Source: a virus. From it: 64,000 bases of DNA. A program made the position numbers and the translations under genes. The notes below the pieces were generated by a model that was not told the DNA's origin, searched no databases, and was given only the letters and a program-made list of their open reading frames with translations. This document shows, piece after piece, positions 1 through 9,073 of this stretch. Numbering within the stretch: the first letter of the stretch is position 1; each line of letters starts with the position of its first letter. Location of the stretch: the UHGV virus genome UHGV-0113858, one strand, 5' to 3'.

Positions 1-471
1 TGCAGTCACGGCAGTACCATCCCCAGCACGGTTACCCGCAGCAACCAGTACAGCCCCTTCCGGGAACTGATAGGTCCCGATTCGACGGTCCAGCATTATT
101 TGGAATGCCAGTTTCTGAAGGTAAGGCTCTGCGTGGAGAAGTTCGTCAAGGAACACAATACCTTTCCAGTTAGGATCACGAGGCCAGAAATCCGGCAAGG
201 CGTACACTGTGCGAGTAACACCATTGTCATCGGTGTATGGAATCTGCACCCCGGTGAGGTCGGTGTTATCTTTATCAGCCAAGCGAAAGTCTACCAGGTT
301 ATCACCAGGCCCGAAAAGAGAATCCGCAATTTGCTTCACAGCCTGACTTTTACCAATACCTGCCCCGCCGAAGATCATCAGTGAACGTTTGTGACGCTGG
401 CAAAATTGTACCAGTGGTGGAAGGTCACGTAAAGTGATCCAGTTACCAGAAAAGATGTTGCGACTTGACAT
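1..471 (-). CDS. AAA+ ATPase (MoxR/AAA_5-like), partial: the C-terminus lies beyond the window start
   Basis: Manual translation from ATG at 471 gives MSSRNIFSG...MIFGGAGIGKSQ (Walker A) and IVFLDELL (Walker B). SD AGGAGACAAATAATG lies upstream. Not in the ORF track because it is truncated. Confidence 0.7.
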   Translation of the reverse strand, partial: MSSRNIFSGNWITLRDLPPLVQFCQRHKRSLMIFGGAGIGKSQAVKQIADSLFGPGDNLVDFRLADKDNTDLTGVQIPYTDDNGVTRTVYALPDFWPRDPNWKGIVFLDELLHAEPYLQKLAFQIMLDRRIGTYQFPEGAVLVAAGNRAGDGTAVTA

Positions 472-534
472 TATTTGTCTCCTGTAAATTAAATTCGGGA
501 GCAGGATACATTTGATCCTCCCCCATTGCAATGA

Positions 535-906
535 TTATTTATCCACCCATACGCGATTTTCATCACACCAATCATAAAAATCATTCATGATGTCGTTGAA
601 TTCCCGCAAGGGTGTATAATGGCGAATAGGATCAGCATCATACCCCTCATTTTCACATTCTGCAATAGAGGTTAGCCAATCTTGGTATGTTGGAACATCC
701 CGGAAATAGCCAATTATATCACACAACTCGGTATCGCAGAGGTCGCTATCATAGTTTGATTCATGAGGGAATTTCCGTTCAAGACGACGGGCTATCTCTT
801 TAGCAAGCTCATGTACCGTCTTATCTGTCCAGTCTTCTCTACCGCATTCACCATTTCTTTTAGACCAGATGTCACGTAGGTCCAGAGCTGTTTTCCAGTT
901 AGACAT
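535..906 (-). CDS. hypothetical protein (123 aa)
   Basis: ORF-track ORF in the same leftward operon. Its ATG overlaps the stop of the upstream gene (899). Confidence 0.5.
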   Translation of the reverse strand: MSNWKTALDLRDIWSKRNGECGREDWTDKTVHELAKEIARRLERKFPHESNYDSDLCDTELCDIIGYFRDVPTYQDWLTSIAECENEGYDADPIRHYTPLREFNDIMNDFYDWCDENRVWVDK

Positions 907-1387
907 TAGTTATTTTCCTCAATTCAAATTCATCACCGTACCCGATCATATGCCCTTTAGCTGTGATCACCTTTTCTCCGAACACACTGCCAGTGCATTT
1001 ACCAATGAAAACTTCTGGCATATCTTCTTCTGAAAGAAGAATATCCACAGTAAATTTACCATGATAGTGCCTTGCGTTGTAATGCGGACCTTCATCATCT
1101 GTTTTATACCAGTATTTACCATTCCAGCGGTATTTGTTATGCCTGTACCATACGTATGACCCCCAGGCGTCTTGTGCTATATGGTCCACTTTGGTAGTAA
1201 TAAGTCGGCCTGTATTACGAAGTAGCTCGTCATATTGCTTTTCGTAAACTTCCACACGATTTTTCATACTGTTGTAATAGTTCTGGTAACGATCAGCTCT
1301 GTTGACCATAACCCTGAGAAGGTTCTCAATAGGCGTACCTTTCTCAAGATGTTCTTCATAAAGTTGTTGGCTTGTCTTGCTTCCCAT
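899..1387 (-). CDS. hypothetical protein (track ORF 899..1429; the SD-supported start MGSKTSQQ is near 1387)
   Basis: TAAGGAGATTTGATATGGG lies at the internal Met. Aromatic-rich, no motif recognised. Confidence 0.5.
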   Translation of the reverse strand: MGSKTSQQLYEEHLEKGTPIENLLRVMVNRADRYQNYYNSMKNRVEVYEKQYDELLRNTGRLITTKVDHIAQDAWGSYVWYRHNKYRWNGKYWYKTDDEGPHYNARHYHGKFTVDILLSEEDMPEVFIGKCTGSVFGEKVITAKGHMIGYGDEFELRKITNV

Positions 1388-1388
1388 A

Positions 1389-1724
1389 TCAAATCTCCTT
1401 AATAGATTCGAGGTCAAGATAGTCATCACCGCCCACAGCTTTCCCGTCAGTCTTACGATACTTCACTATCTTTCCGGTCTCCGAATGCTGGTAAGACATC
1501 CAGTAACGAGATGTTTCGCGAAGTTTCTCAGTCCACGCCCAGCCGAGACGAGGCTTCTTGACTGTTCCTTTGTGGGTATAACCTTGGTTTCTGGACATTC
1601 TTTGCTCCTGTATAGAGTCACTTTCCATGATGGAATTCCCAGCAGGAATTCCATCTTTTTCTGAGTATACTTGTTTGTGCGAAGCAGTGTCAAGATGTTC
1701 ATGACAAATACCATTTAAAGCCAC
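1389..1724 (-). CDS. hypothetical protein (111 aa; start uncertain)
   Basis: ORF-track entry. Overlaps neighbours at both ends, as in the rest of this operon. Confidence 0.4.
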   Translation of the reverse strand: MALNGICHEHLDTASHKQVYSEKDGIPAGNSIMESDSIQEQRMSRNQGYTHKGTVKKPRLGWAWTEKLRETSRYWMSYQHSETGKIVKYRKTDGKAVGGDDYLDLESIKEI

Positions 1725-1884
1725 AGTTCGGGCAACAAGGTTCCTTAATCCGAAGCTGGTCGGGAGCCTTTACAGGAGCATCTTTAAGGTTATAATTAGA
1801 AAAACATCTCGCACATACTACAACCTTGTCAGGAATTTCCATTTCGAACCAAGGAAGGCCATTTAATTTTTTCGTAATGATCAT
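1699..1884 (-). CDS. small zinc-ribbon protein (61 aa)
   Basis: CARC...CCPNC gives two CxxC pairs. Confidence 0.45.
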   Translation of the reverse strand: MIITKKLNGLPWFEMEIPDKVVVCARCFSNYNLKDAPVKAPDQLRIKEPCCPNCGFKWYLS

Positions 1885-2390
1885 AATGTAGCCAACATGT
1901 TGATCGCTTCGTGGTGTTCTTTCATCTTTGTCAGACGAAGATACATGTCATGATACTTACGAACACGTAACAAATCCTTATCTGTCAGACCTTTCAGACG
2001 ACGAACATCGGAGTTATGGCGCAGGTCTGCAAGCTTCACACGTACCGCATCATAGTTTTGGGCCAGGCGGTTAAAATACTCTTCCGGTGTCTGATTAGGG
2101 GTTTTCGTCAGAAGAACCACAGCATCCTTCACACGGTTCGAGAAGCCTAGCAGAACCAGATCCGCAGCGGTAACATCGGTGTCTTCAACCACATCATGAA
2201 GCGCGGCGATAGCCATAAGCTGAAAATCATCAGTCTTCAGATAGTGCATTACCTTCAGCGGGTGAAGGATGTATGGGTTACCACCCTTATCTTTCTGATT
2301 CAGGTGGGCTTCTGCTGCAATTTTGATCGCCAGCGCCAATTCCTGGGCCGGACTTAAAGCTTGAATACAACTCTTGTCTGTTGATACCAT
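1881..2390 (-). CDS. HD-domain phosphohydrolase, SpoT/RelA-N-terminal-like ((p)ppGpp / small alarmone hydrolase-like)
   Basis: H..LHP...AALHDVVEDT signature of the SpoT-type HD hydrolase domain. 169 aa. Confidence 0.65.
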   Translation of the reverse strand: MVSTDKSCIQALSPAQELALAIKIAAEAHLNQKDKGGNPYILHPLKVMHYLKTDDFQLMAIAALHDVVEDTDVTAADLVLLGFSNRVKDAVVLLTKTPNQTPEEYFNRLAQNYDAVRVKLADLRHNSDVRRLKGLTDKDLLRVRKYHDMYLRLTKMKEHHEAINMLATL

Positions 2391-3415
2391 TTGACAGCTT
2401 CCTCTAGGTTAAAGGGTTTTATGTTCAGTCTATCGAAAGATTTTACGTTGTCAAGCCAAAATTCATCTTCATACCCTGCGATCGACATCATCATCAGTTC
2501 TTCCTCTGTCGGGGAGTCCCCCTCCATCATACTCTGTAGCTTGGGGTCATATTCCAAGTGGAACATTGTTTCTTTCGGGGAACAAACGAACATTGCCTTA
2601 CGTGCCTTATTAGCGATCTTTCTGTTCATGATGTTGATAACAGAATGATTTATTTGGCTACAAATACGATCTAATGCGGAAGGCTCAAGATAGTCAGAGT
2701 AAAGAACCAAATCACCACTGATGAGGCTTACATTTTTAAGGGTTAATCTCTCCCCATTATGGGCCATCCAAGATTGGATAGGGGCATTTTTTTGATAACC
2801 GGTGTATTCGACAACCAAACGAAGAGCAAGAGTATCCCTTGACATCCCCACCAAAAGCTGCTTTATACACTCAAGAAAATACTTAGTACGGTAGTTAAAA
2901 TTGCAGAACCCACCAAGAAATGCTTCACCGCAACCGTGACTATAAATATTGATGGAGATTGTTTCTACAAAGCGATGTTTCCAAGGATCATCACCCGTAA
3001 TATGTGATTTGTGGCCTATTTCCATACGTGAAACATTTAGCTTCTGATTCATATCAGAACCATACTCCCGGACATCACCGGAATGCCATTGCCAATAAAA
3101 AGGGCCACCATGAGCCGGGAGTTTATGGAGACATGACAAAAATATGTCCAATATGGGGTTTGAATCCTGTACCCCTTGGAGATAATCTCTAAAGCGGGTG
3201 ATGGGATTGTCAACAGATCTGTCCCTCTCAAAAGTTGAAAGAAATCTCTCTTGAGCAGCCTGCTTCCCTTGTAACAACTTGTCTATGAAATCCCGCTCCT
3301 CATTCCAAGTATAAGTATAGTTTGGTTTTACATTAATATCTACCTTGCTCATAATCTCACTTACCCTCTTATACAAATAATGAACAAAGATACACCGCCA
3401 CTTTTTAGAAATCAA
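2354..3415 (-). CDS. hypothetical protein (353 aa in track; that start is TTG. ATG MSKVDIN near 3349 with SD GAGGGTAAGTGAG is more likely)
   Basis: Long ORF. I checked the track start codon and it is TTG. Confidence 0.5.
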   Translation of the reverse strand: MISKKWRCIFVHYLYKRVSEIMSKVDINVKPNYTYTWNEERDFIDKLLQGKQAAQERFLSTFERDRSVDNPITRFRDYLQGVQDSNPILDIFLSCLHKLPAHGGPFYWQWHSGDVREYGSDMNQKLNVSRMEIGHKSHITGDDPWKHRFVETISINIYSHGCGEAFLGGFCNFNYRTKYFLECIKQLLVGMSRDTLALRLVVEYTGYQKNAPIQSWMAHNGERLTLKNVSLISGDLVLYSDYLEPSALDRICSQINHSVINIMNRKIANKARKAMFVCSPKETMFHLEYDPKLQSMMEGDSPTEEELMMMSIAGYEDEFWLDNVKSFDRLNIKPFNLEEAVKWYQQTRVVFKL

Positions 3416-3418
3416 GGG

Positions 3419-3447
3419 TTGACAACTCTTTTCAGAATGGTGATAAT
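3419..3447 (+). promoter_or_regulatory. sigma70-type promoter TTGACA-N17-GATAAT for the 3486 gene
   Basis: ttgaca actcttttcagaatggt gataat, then AAGGAG SD and ATG at 3486. Confidence 0.6.
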
Positions 3448-3451
3448 CACC
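3439..3451. promoter_or_regulatory. perfect palindrome GGTGAT-A-ATCACC overlapping the -10 (candidate operator)
   Basis: Seen directly in the sequence. Overlaps GATAAT. Confidence 0.4.
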
Positions 3452-3485
3452 TTACTAAGAACGGGTAAGACCCAAGGAGTTAGAA

Positions 3486-4397
3486 ATGTTTGATATTAAA
3501 AAGAAATTTACCAACAGCGAGATTAAAAGTCTAGAAGAACGGTATCATAAAAAGGTAGAGCGCACAAAGAAACGGGGTTTAGAATTCTCCTTGACCCTTG
3601 ATGACTGGTTCATGATGGGAGAAAAGCTTTTGGGCATCGGCCCGTGCGACTACACCAATATGAACTTTAGCACGAGGTCGGTACATGGCGAAAAAGACCC
3701 ATTGTATCCGACAGTTGAGCGCATTGACGATAAGAAAGGTTATGTTCGTGGAAATGTATGCGTTGTCTTGCAAAGAGCCAATGAATTGAAAGATCGTTTG
3801 GTTGACAAGAAAACAGCCATCACTATAATTGATCCGCTAGACCGTGAGATTGTGCAGGCTATGATACTGAATATGTCTAAAGACCATCTCGAAAAACTGA
3901 AAACTAAATATATCCCACAACAGGAGACAAAAATGGACATGAAAGAACACATGGCAGAAGTAGAAAAGAATCATAACACCGACTATAAAGAGCTTGCTGA
4001 ACACGAACACAAACAACCGCCTGCGGCAGAAGAAACCACTGCGCCTGTGGAAGTGGAGGCTGAACCGAAAGAAGCTATCAGTGTTGCACTGCCAGAAGAT
4101 GTAGCTGTTGCGCTTGCTTATGCAAATTACTGCAATACTTTTGCGAATGTCGGTATGAAAGTAAGTGTGACATATGCTCAGTTCAAGGCAAAATATATTC
4201 GCAGCACCTGTGCAATGACAGGAGAGAAGCTTACTGGTGAGCCTAAATCCATTCTGATTCTGGATCTTAACATTGGCTTTGCCAAAGATAATTTCATCAT
4301 CGTCTCCAAGAAAATGGAAACGGCTATGACTCAACTGATGATCCAGACGGGCCTTAGCCTGCCAAAAGTTACAGCGATGCTGAACAAGGTGGTGTAA
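3486..4397 (+). CDS. hypothetical protein with acidic Glu/Pro/Ala-rich central linker (303 aa)
   Basis: Perfect SD AAGGAG. ATG confirmed at 3486. Confidence 0.6.
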   Translation: MFDIKKKFTNSEIKSLEERYHKKVERTKKRGLEFSLTLDDWFMMGEKLLGIGPCDYTNMNFSTRSVHGEKDPLYPTVERIDDKKGYVRGNVCVVLQRANELKDRLVDKKTAITIIDPLDREIVQAMILNMSKDHLEKLKTKYIPQQETKMDMKEHMAEVEKNHNTDYKELAEHEHKQPPAAEETTAPVEVEAEPKEAISVALPEDVAVALAYANYCNTFANVGMKVSVTYAQFKAKYIRSTCAMTGEKLTGEPKSILILDLNIGFAKDNFIIVSKKMETAMTQLMIQTGLSLPKVTAMLNKVV

Positions 4398-4598
4398 ATG
4401 GACAAGCTCCTTGAGCGGTTCGCACTGGACCGCCTTGGACATTTCGACTACTCCGAAGTTGTATACTCAAAAGAGCTATCTAAGAAGAAAAGAGAGTTCA
4501 AAATACGATACAATAAAGGTGAAAAGTATGTCGAAGTAACCTACCAAGGCGATAATACAGGCGGCATTGAGGTTGTTGAAATAAAGGAGAACACCTAA
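4398..4598 (+). CDS. hypothetical protein (66 aa)
   Basis: TAAATG overlap with the previous gene. Confidence 0.45.
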   Translation: MDKLLERFALDRLGHFDYSEVVYSKELSKKKREFKIRYNKGEKYVEVTYQGDNTGGIEVVEIKENT

Positions 4599-4858
4599 TG
4601 TACGAAGATATCTTGGGCAGGCCAGCATCCCCGCCAGAGCAAAAAATGCTGAATGCTGGCTTCAGGCCGGGTCTTAGTTTCGGGGATCTGGTAGAGACTT
4701 TCACAGAGAACGCGATTCGAGGAACTATTGATGGGATCGTCTTGTTTGCTGTTCCTCACCTTCCGGGAGCGCCTGGACCACAACTAGCGTGGGGTTTCAG
4801 GATTGAAGGGATAGATGAATTTTTACCCCAAATTGCATTGCAAAGGGTGATGAATTAA
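4598..4858 (+). CDS. hypothetical protein (86 aa)
   Basis: Coupled start. Followed by a terminator. Confidence 0.45.
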   Translation: MYEDILGRPASPPEQKMLNAGFRPGLSFGDLVETFTENAIRGTIDGIVLFAVPHLPGAPGPQLAWGFRIEGIDEFLPQIALQRVMN

Positions 4859-4867
4859 CCTATAATA

Positions 4868-4897
4868 AGGCCATCGTAACTGATGGCCTTTTTTCTT
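4868..4897 (+). terminator. rho-independent terminator
   Basis: aggccatc-gtaact-gatggcct followed by TTTTTCTT. Confidence 0.65.
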
Positions 4898-4907
4898 GGA
4901 GATAAGA

Positions 4908-6335
4908 ATGTATACAGATGAAAAAGAAAGCATTATGGAACTGGCTGATGAAGCACTGAAGAAAGTTCAGTCTGCCCGCATCGCTTTACTTACTAATCGA
5001 CCATTCTACGGGACGCTATTAAGCGGTATGCCGCTGATAGTTGACTGTGCATGGCTTCCAACCGCAGCGACTGATCATCGCAACCTATACTTTAACCCAG
5101 AGTTCATTATGGGTATGCCTGTTGATCGCAAGAAAAAGGTTTTTGCTCGTATTGACAAGCACCCGATGATGACACAACAGCAAAAAGATGAATATAAAGA
5201 ATATGTTGATGTCTTCTATCGTCAAAAAACCATGAAGGAAATTGTATTTATTCTAATGCATGAGGTCCGCCATGTTACCAACGACCACATGTCTCGTGGG
5301 AAAACATTTGACCGTAGACGTTTCAATATCGCAGCCGATCACTATATCAACACCGACCTGGTCAAGGAGTTGGGCCAGAAAGCCGAGAGTTTGAAATGGT
5401 TCACTCATCGGCAAGTCTTTGATAAGACAAAAGAATTTGGATTCCTTGCTTACTGCTATTGTGACTATCAGTACGAGGGGAAAACGGCTGAAGAGATTTA
5501 TGCTCTGTTGCCGGATGAGGTTGGTGATGGTAAAGGTAAGCCGCTGGGGGCGCACATCGGGGATTATGATAAAGACCTGGACATCCTGGGGTATACGGAC
5601 CCACACCCACAGAAGTCTGCTGATCAGGAAGATGAGGATATGTCTTGGTCTGAGGACATGATTGACGCTGCTATGAAAGCCGCAGGTGGTGAAGGACCGA
5701 AAGAAGCCAGAGAATTAATCGCACAAAAAGGTAAACCGAAGATTAATTACCTGCAAATAATTAAGCAACGAATGATTTCTCGTGTTAAATCTGATCGTAC
5801 TTACCGGGTCTTAGGTCGTCGATCAGGGGGGATGACAAAAGTCCTTCGTGATCACGGCGCTCTAACTAAGAGACAGTTCATGGTTATGCCTGGCAGAAAA
5901 AGAACAGAGACTGTTGATATTGTAATCGGTTTTGACGTTTCAGGTTCTATCTCTCGTCAAACAATGACGCGTATTTTCAATGAGATAATCGCTTTGAGCA
6001 CCCTGTACCAATGTTTCCGTATCACATTGTTCTGTTGGTCAACCCAAGTTGGCAACGTCAACGTGTACACACAGGACAATATAAAGGAAATTCTGGATTA
6101 CAGAGTTACATCAACTGGTGGAACAACTGCCGCATGTGCATTTGAGTACATCGATGAGTTTATTCCTAAGGCAAAAGAGGTTATAATCTTCACAGATGGT
6201 TACATAGAGGACCTGAGACATCGTGGCGCAAGCTGGGGGCGTAAGTACAACACTCTCTGGGTTATCTGCGGTGGGCGCAAGGGTTGGTTAGCTCCTTTTG
6301 GGAAGGCGGTAGATTTGGATGAGCACTTTAAATAA
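4908..6335 (+). CDS. HExxH metallopeptidase-like N-domain plus C-terminal von Willebrand A (VWA/MIDAS) domain protein
   Basis: HEVRH motif and MIDAS-type DVSGSIS. The track start at 4896 is TTG; ATG at 4908 follows SD GGAGA. This kind of protein is commonly partnered with MoxR-type ATPases. Confidence 0.6.
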   Translation: MYTDEKESIMELADEALKKVQSARIALLTNRPFYGTLLSGMPLIVDCAWLPTAATDHRNLYFNPEFIMGMPVDRKKKVFARIDKHPMMTQQQKDEYKEYVDVFYRQKTMKEIVFILMHEVRHVTNDHMSRGKTFDRRRFNIAADHYINTDLVKELGQKAESLKWFTHRQVFDKTKEFGFLAYCYCDYQYEGKTAEEIYALLPDEVGDGKGKPLGAHIGDYDKDLDILGYTDPHPQKSADQEDEDMSWSEDMIDAAMKAAGGEGPKEARELIAQKGKPKINYLQIIKQRMISRVKSDRTYRVLGRRSGGMTKVLRDHGALTKRQFMVMPGRKRTETVDIVIGFDVSGSISRQTMTRIFNEIIALSTLYQCFRITLFCWSTQVGNVNVYTQDNIKEILDYRVTSTGGTTAACAFEYIDEFIPKAKEVIIFTDGYIEDLRHRGASWGRKYNTLWVICGGRKGWLAPFGKAVDLDEHFK

Positions 6336-6726
6336 GAAAGTTGTCCACAATTTGGATTTTGAGATTTACTTGATGGGGCTTGGTTGTTGTCTCATTGTGA
6401 ACTTTGAAGTACAAAATGGTCATGATCTGACTGGCTATAGGTATGACATTTTCTGTAACAGGAAGATTGTCGAGGTATATGGTGCCGGAGAAGGTGGTGA
6501 GAGGGAGATTATCATTTCCAGGGATTTCACGGATGATCCCCTCCACATCACAGAAGAAGAGCTTAGTCTGGTCGAAGTTATGATGACACACTTGTCGCCA
6601 TTCGAGAGAAGTTTGCACAAACTTGGATGTGATCTGGCTGTTCTTCACCATAATGATGCATCTCAAGAGTATGCCCAAGAGGTTGTTAAAAATCACTTGA
6701 ATAATTATCTGGAGGTAGAAACATGA
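6319..6726 (+). CDS. hypothetical protein (135 aa)
   Basis: ORF-track entry, overlaps the previous stop. Confidence 0.45.
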   Translation: MSTLNKKVVHNLDFEIYLMGLGCCLIVNFEVQNGHDLTGYRYDIFCNRKIVEVYGAGEGGEREIIISRDFTDDPLHITEEELSLVEVMMTHLSPFERSLHKLGCDLAVLHHNDASQEYAQEVVKNHLNNYLEVET

Positions 6727-7019
6727 GAATCTCTAAGAGTTTCAGTGTTTTATGCTCTTATGGGATGATATCCAATCTGAAGTTATCTTCAACGGATATC
6801 CGCATTTACCTGTACTTGAAATTCAGGTGGCAGTTCTTTCACAGCAAAGGCTCAGAGTTTTGTGAATCAACCACCACTATCTCTGAAGAGGTTGGTGTTT
6901 CTGAAAGGACTGTTCGTCGGTCTATGGAGAAATTAGAAGAGTTGGGATACCTAGAGGTAGTCAACCGACCAGGAAAAACCAGCCTGTATATCACCAAAGA
7001 TGAGGTGGCTATTAAGTAA
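6723..7019 (+). CDS. winged-helix/HTH DNA-binding protein (98 aa)
   Basis: SEEVGVSERTVRRSMEKLEELGYLE helix-turn-helix signature. SD GGAGGTAGAAACATG. Confidence 0.55.
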   Translation: MRISKSFSVLCSYGMISNLKLSSTDIRIYLYLKFRWQFFHSKGSEFCESTTTISEEVGVSERTVRRSMEKLEELGYLEVVNRPGKTSLYITKDEVAIK

Positions 7020-7292
7020 CCAACCCCGGACACTGGTGACCGGACACCCCGGACATGGATGACCTACGACATAATAAAGAATAAAACAATAAAGATAATA
7101 AAACATAAAACATAGATCTTTATAAAAAGATCTTGATCTATGGTTTAGTTAGTGTATAGTTAGTTTCAAGAGGAAGTGATGAATCACTTCAGTCATCCAT
7201 AAGTGGATTAGCCATAAGCTAACCCGTTTACGGGTGTTAGATGTGTGTGGAAGTGCAATGTGTTCGGAGCCACGGGCGACAGGAGCTTCTAA

Positions 7293-7544
7293 ATGCGACG
7301 ATTAACTGGGGGCGGCGCGAGCCGTACTGAGATGGAAGTTATAAAACTACGAAAAACGTGGAATAACCTTGTTGGTGGAAGACGAGGTACGGTAAAAATG
7401 CATTTGGTAGCCAGCTTTATTGACCAAGGTCAACACGTTGCAACATATCGTTGGTGGTCAAGAAAATATGGCTGGCAATATGAGACCAAACCTGCATACC
7501 TTTATGCACAGACATGGCGGCTAATGGAAAAATGGAATGACTAA
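7293..7544 (+). CDS. hypothetical protein (83 aa)
   Basis: ORF after a 270-bp repeat-containing spacer. SD AGGAG at a 9 nt spacing. Confidence 0.4.
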   Translation: MRRLTGGGASRTEMEVIKLRKTWNNLVGGRRGTVKMHLVASFIDQGQHVATYRWWSRKYGWQYETKPAYLYAQTWRLMEKWND

Positions 7545-7610
7545 ACAACAAGCTTGGACACTTGACAAGGGCATAGAAGCACTAGATTCAACCCTAAACA
7601 AGGATAAAAA

Positions 7611-7871
7611 ATGAAAACGATCCGTATCCGTCAACACCGTGGTGGCCTGTTGGAAAGCAAACAAACAGAGAAAGAAATTCCTGCCACCAAAGAAGCTGTG
7701 CTTGAATACGTTGTAGATTCTGGTATGATTATGACTATGCTTCCTCTGGGAGCTGATGATGTTGTAGTTGTGCCTTACTATGAAGATGGTAAGGACAGGA
7801 TTTATATGGTGAAGATATTCTCTATGCCCTTCGGCTTCATCGAAACTGTTGGAAATTTAACACTTAACTAA
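7611..7871 (+). CDS. hypothetical protein (86 aa)
   Basis: SD AAGGATAAAAAATG. Confidence 0.5.
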   Translation: MKTIRIRQHRGGLLESKQTEKEIPATKEAVLEYVVDSGMIMTMLPLGADDVVVVPYYEDGKDRIYMVKIFSMPFGFIETVGNLTLN

Positions 7872-7896
7872 AGTTATCTTAAGAGGAGATTACAAA

Positions 7897-8541
7897 ATGG
7901 GTTCATGGCCTTTTCTGATTTATGTGATTGATGTTCTGACCACAGACGGTAATTATGGTGGTTGGGTTGCTCTGATGCTTATCTCTGCTCTCGCATACGC
8001 CGCCTGCTATTGCGGTCAGAAGATTTATGAAGACCTTGAGAAGAATGGTACAGCCTTAGGGTATCAGTTCTTCGAAGGTGAAAATCTGGTTCTTAACCAA
8101 GACTGGAGTGGATATAAGGCCGGGGATACGATTGAAATCGTTACGGTATGGAACAGTGATAATACGCTTCGAGTTCGCTTGCCGAATGGAAGGGTCTCCA
8201 GCAACGATATTAAGCAGTCCACAATTTACAAAGTAACCCGGAAGGAAGGCCAATCAACAACACCTGTTGTGGTAAAGGATGTTACCAAAGGCCCACGTAA
8301 GATCGCAGTCTTTGGCATGGTGATCTGCTTCATTGGTATCCTGTATGCTAACTTTATGCCTCAGAAAGAAACTGCGTATAAAATGCTGGCAGCGTATGTA
8401 GGTCAGAATGTGGTTGAGTCACCACGTACACAACAACTGGCTGATAGCACCATTAAGTATCTTGATGCTCAAATCAAGAAATATACTGAAGAGTTGGATG
8501 CAGCCGCCAAAACAAAAGAAGAGAAAAAGGAGTCTAAATGA
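7897..8541 (+). CDS. membrane protein (two or more TM segments, 214 aa)
   Basis: SD AAGAGGAG. Hydrophobic N-terminal and central segments. Confidence 0.55.
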   Translation: MGSWPFLIYVIDVLTTDGNYGGWVALMLISALAYAACYCGQKIYEDLEKNGTALGYQFFEGENLVLNQDWSGYKAGDTIEIVTVWNSDNTLRVRLPNGRVSSNDIKQSTIYKVTRKEGQSTTPVVVKDVTKGPRKIAVFGMVICFIGILYANFMPQKETAYKMLAAYVGQNVVESPRTQQLADSTIKYLDAQIKKYTEELDAAAKTKEEKKESK

Positions 8542-8873
8542 CAGGAATCACTGAACGCGTACTCCAGTCCTCGGTTCGGGCGCAAGCCCGTTCTGTCCCC
8601 TCTGTCATGATGAATTTGGTAGAGGAAGTCGGGGAACTGGCACGAGCACTTAATCGTCCTTATCGCTGTGACGAGCCATCAATTGCAGAAATTGCAGATG
8701 TTATCAACTGTGCAGTCGACCTTGCATACATGTTGGAGATTCAAGAATATCTCAGCCCTCGCGTGTATGACCCCAAAGATATTGCAGAGACCGTGAAGCG
8801 TCGTCTTGAATACTTTGTTGACAAGAAGTGCGATAAGTGGGACAGTATCGTAAAGAAGCTGGAGGAAAAGTGA
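8538..8873 (+). CDS. MazG-like nucleotide pyrophosphohydrolase (small form)
   Basis: NLVEEVGELARAL gives the EExGE motif. Confidence 0.5.
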   Translation: MTGITERVLQSSVRAQARSVPSVMMNLVEEVGELARALNRPYRCDEPSIAEIADVINCAVDLAYMLEIQEYLSPRVYDPKDIAETVKRRLEYFVDKKCDKWDSIVKKLEEK

Positions 8874-9073
8874 AAACTGACTTTCTTGGCAATAATCTTG
8901 CAATTGGTGATAAGGTTGCATTCACAGAGGGTGGCTACAAAAACATGTTACTTGGAGAGGTTATTGGGTTCACAAAGACCACAATCAAGATAAAGCATCT
9001 TTCAAAGCCCCGCTTTGATCATCGTGAGTTTTGTAACCGCGAGCCAGCTTATGTAGTATTGGTGGGTAAATGA
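8870..9073 (+). CDS. hypothetical protein (GTG start after GGAGGA; track ORF 8837..9073)
   Basis: SD GGAGGAAAAGTG. Confidence 0.4.
   Translation: MKTDFLGNNLAIGDKVAFTEGGYKNMLLGEVIGFTKTTIKIKHLSKPRFDHREFCNREPAYVVLVGK

Noticed and set aside
100-384. 94-aa + strand ORF
   Set aside because: Lies antisense inside the AAA+ ATPase gene (1-471, minus). No RBS. Composition typical of antisense frames.
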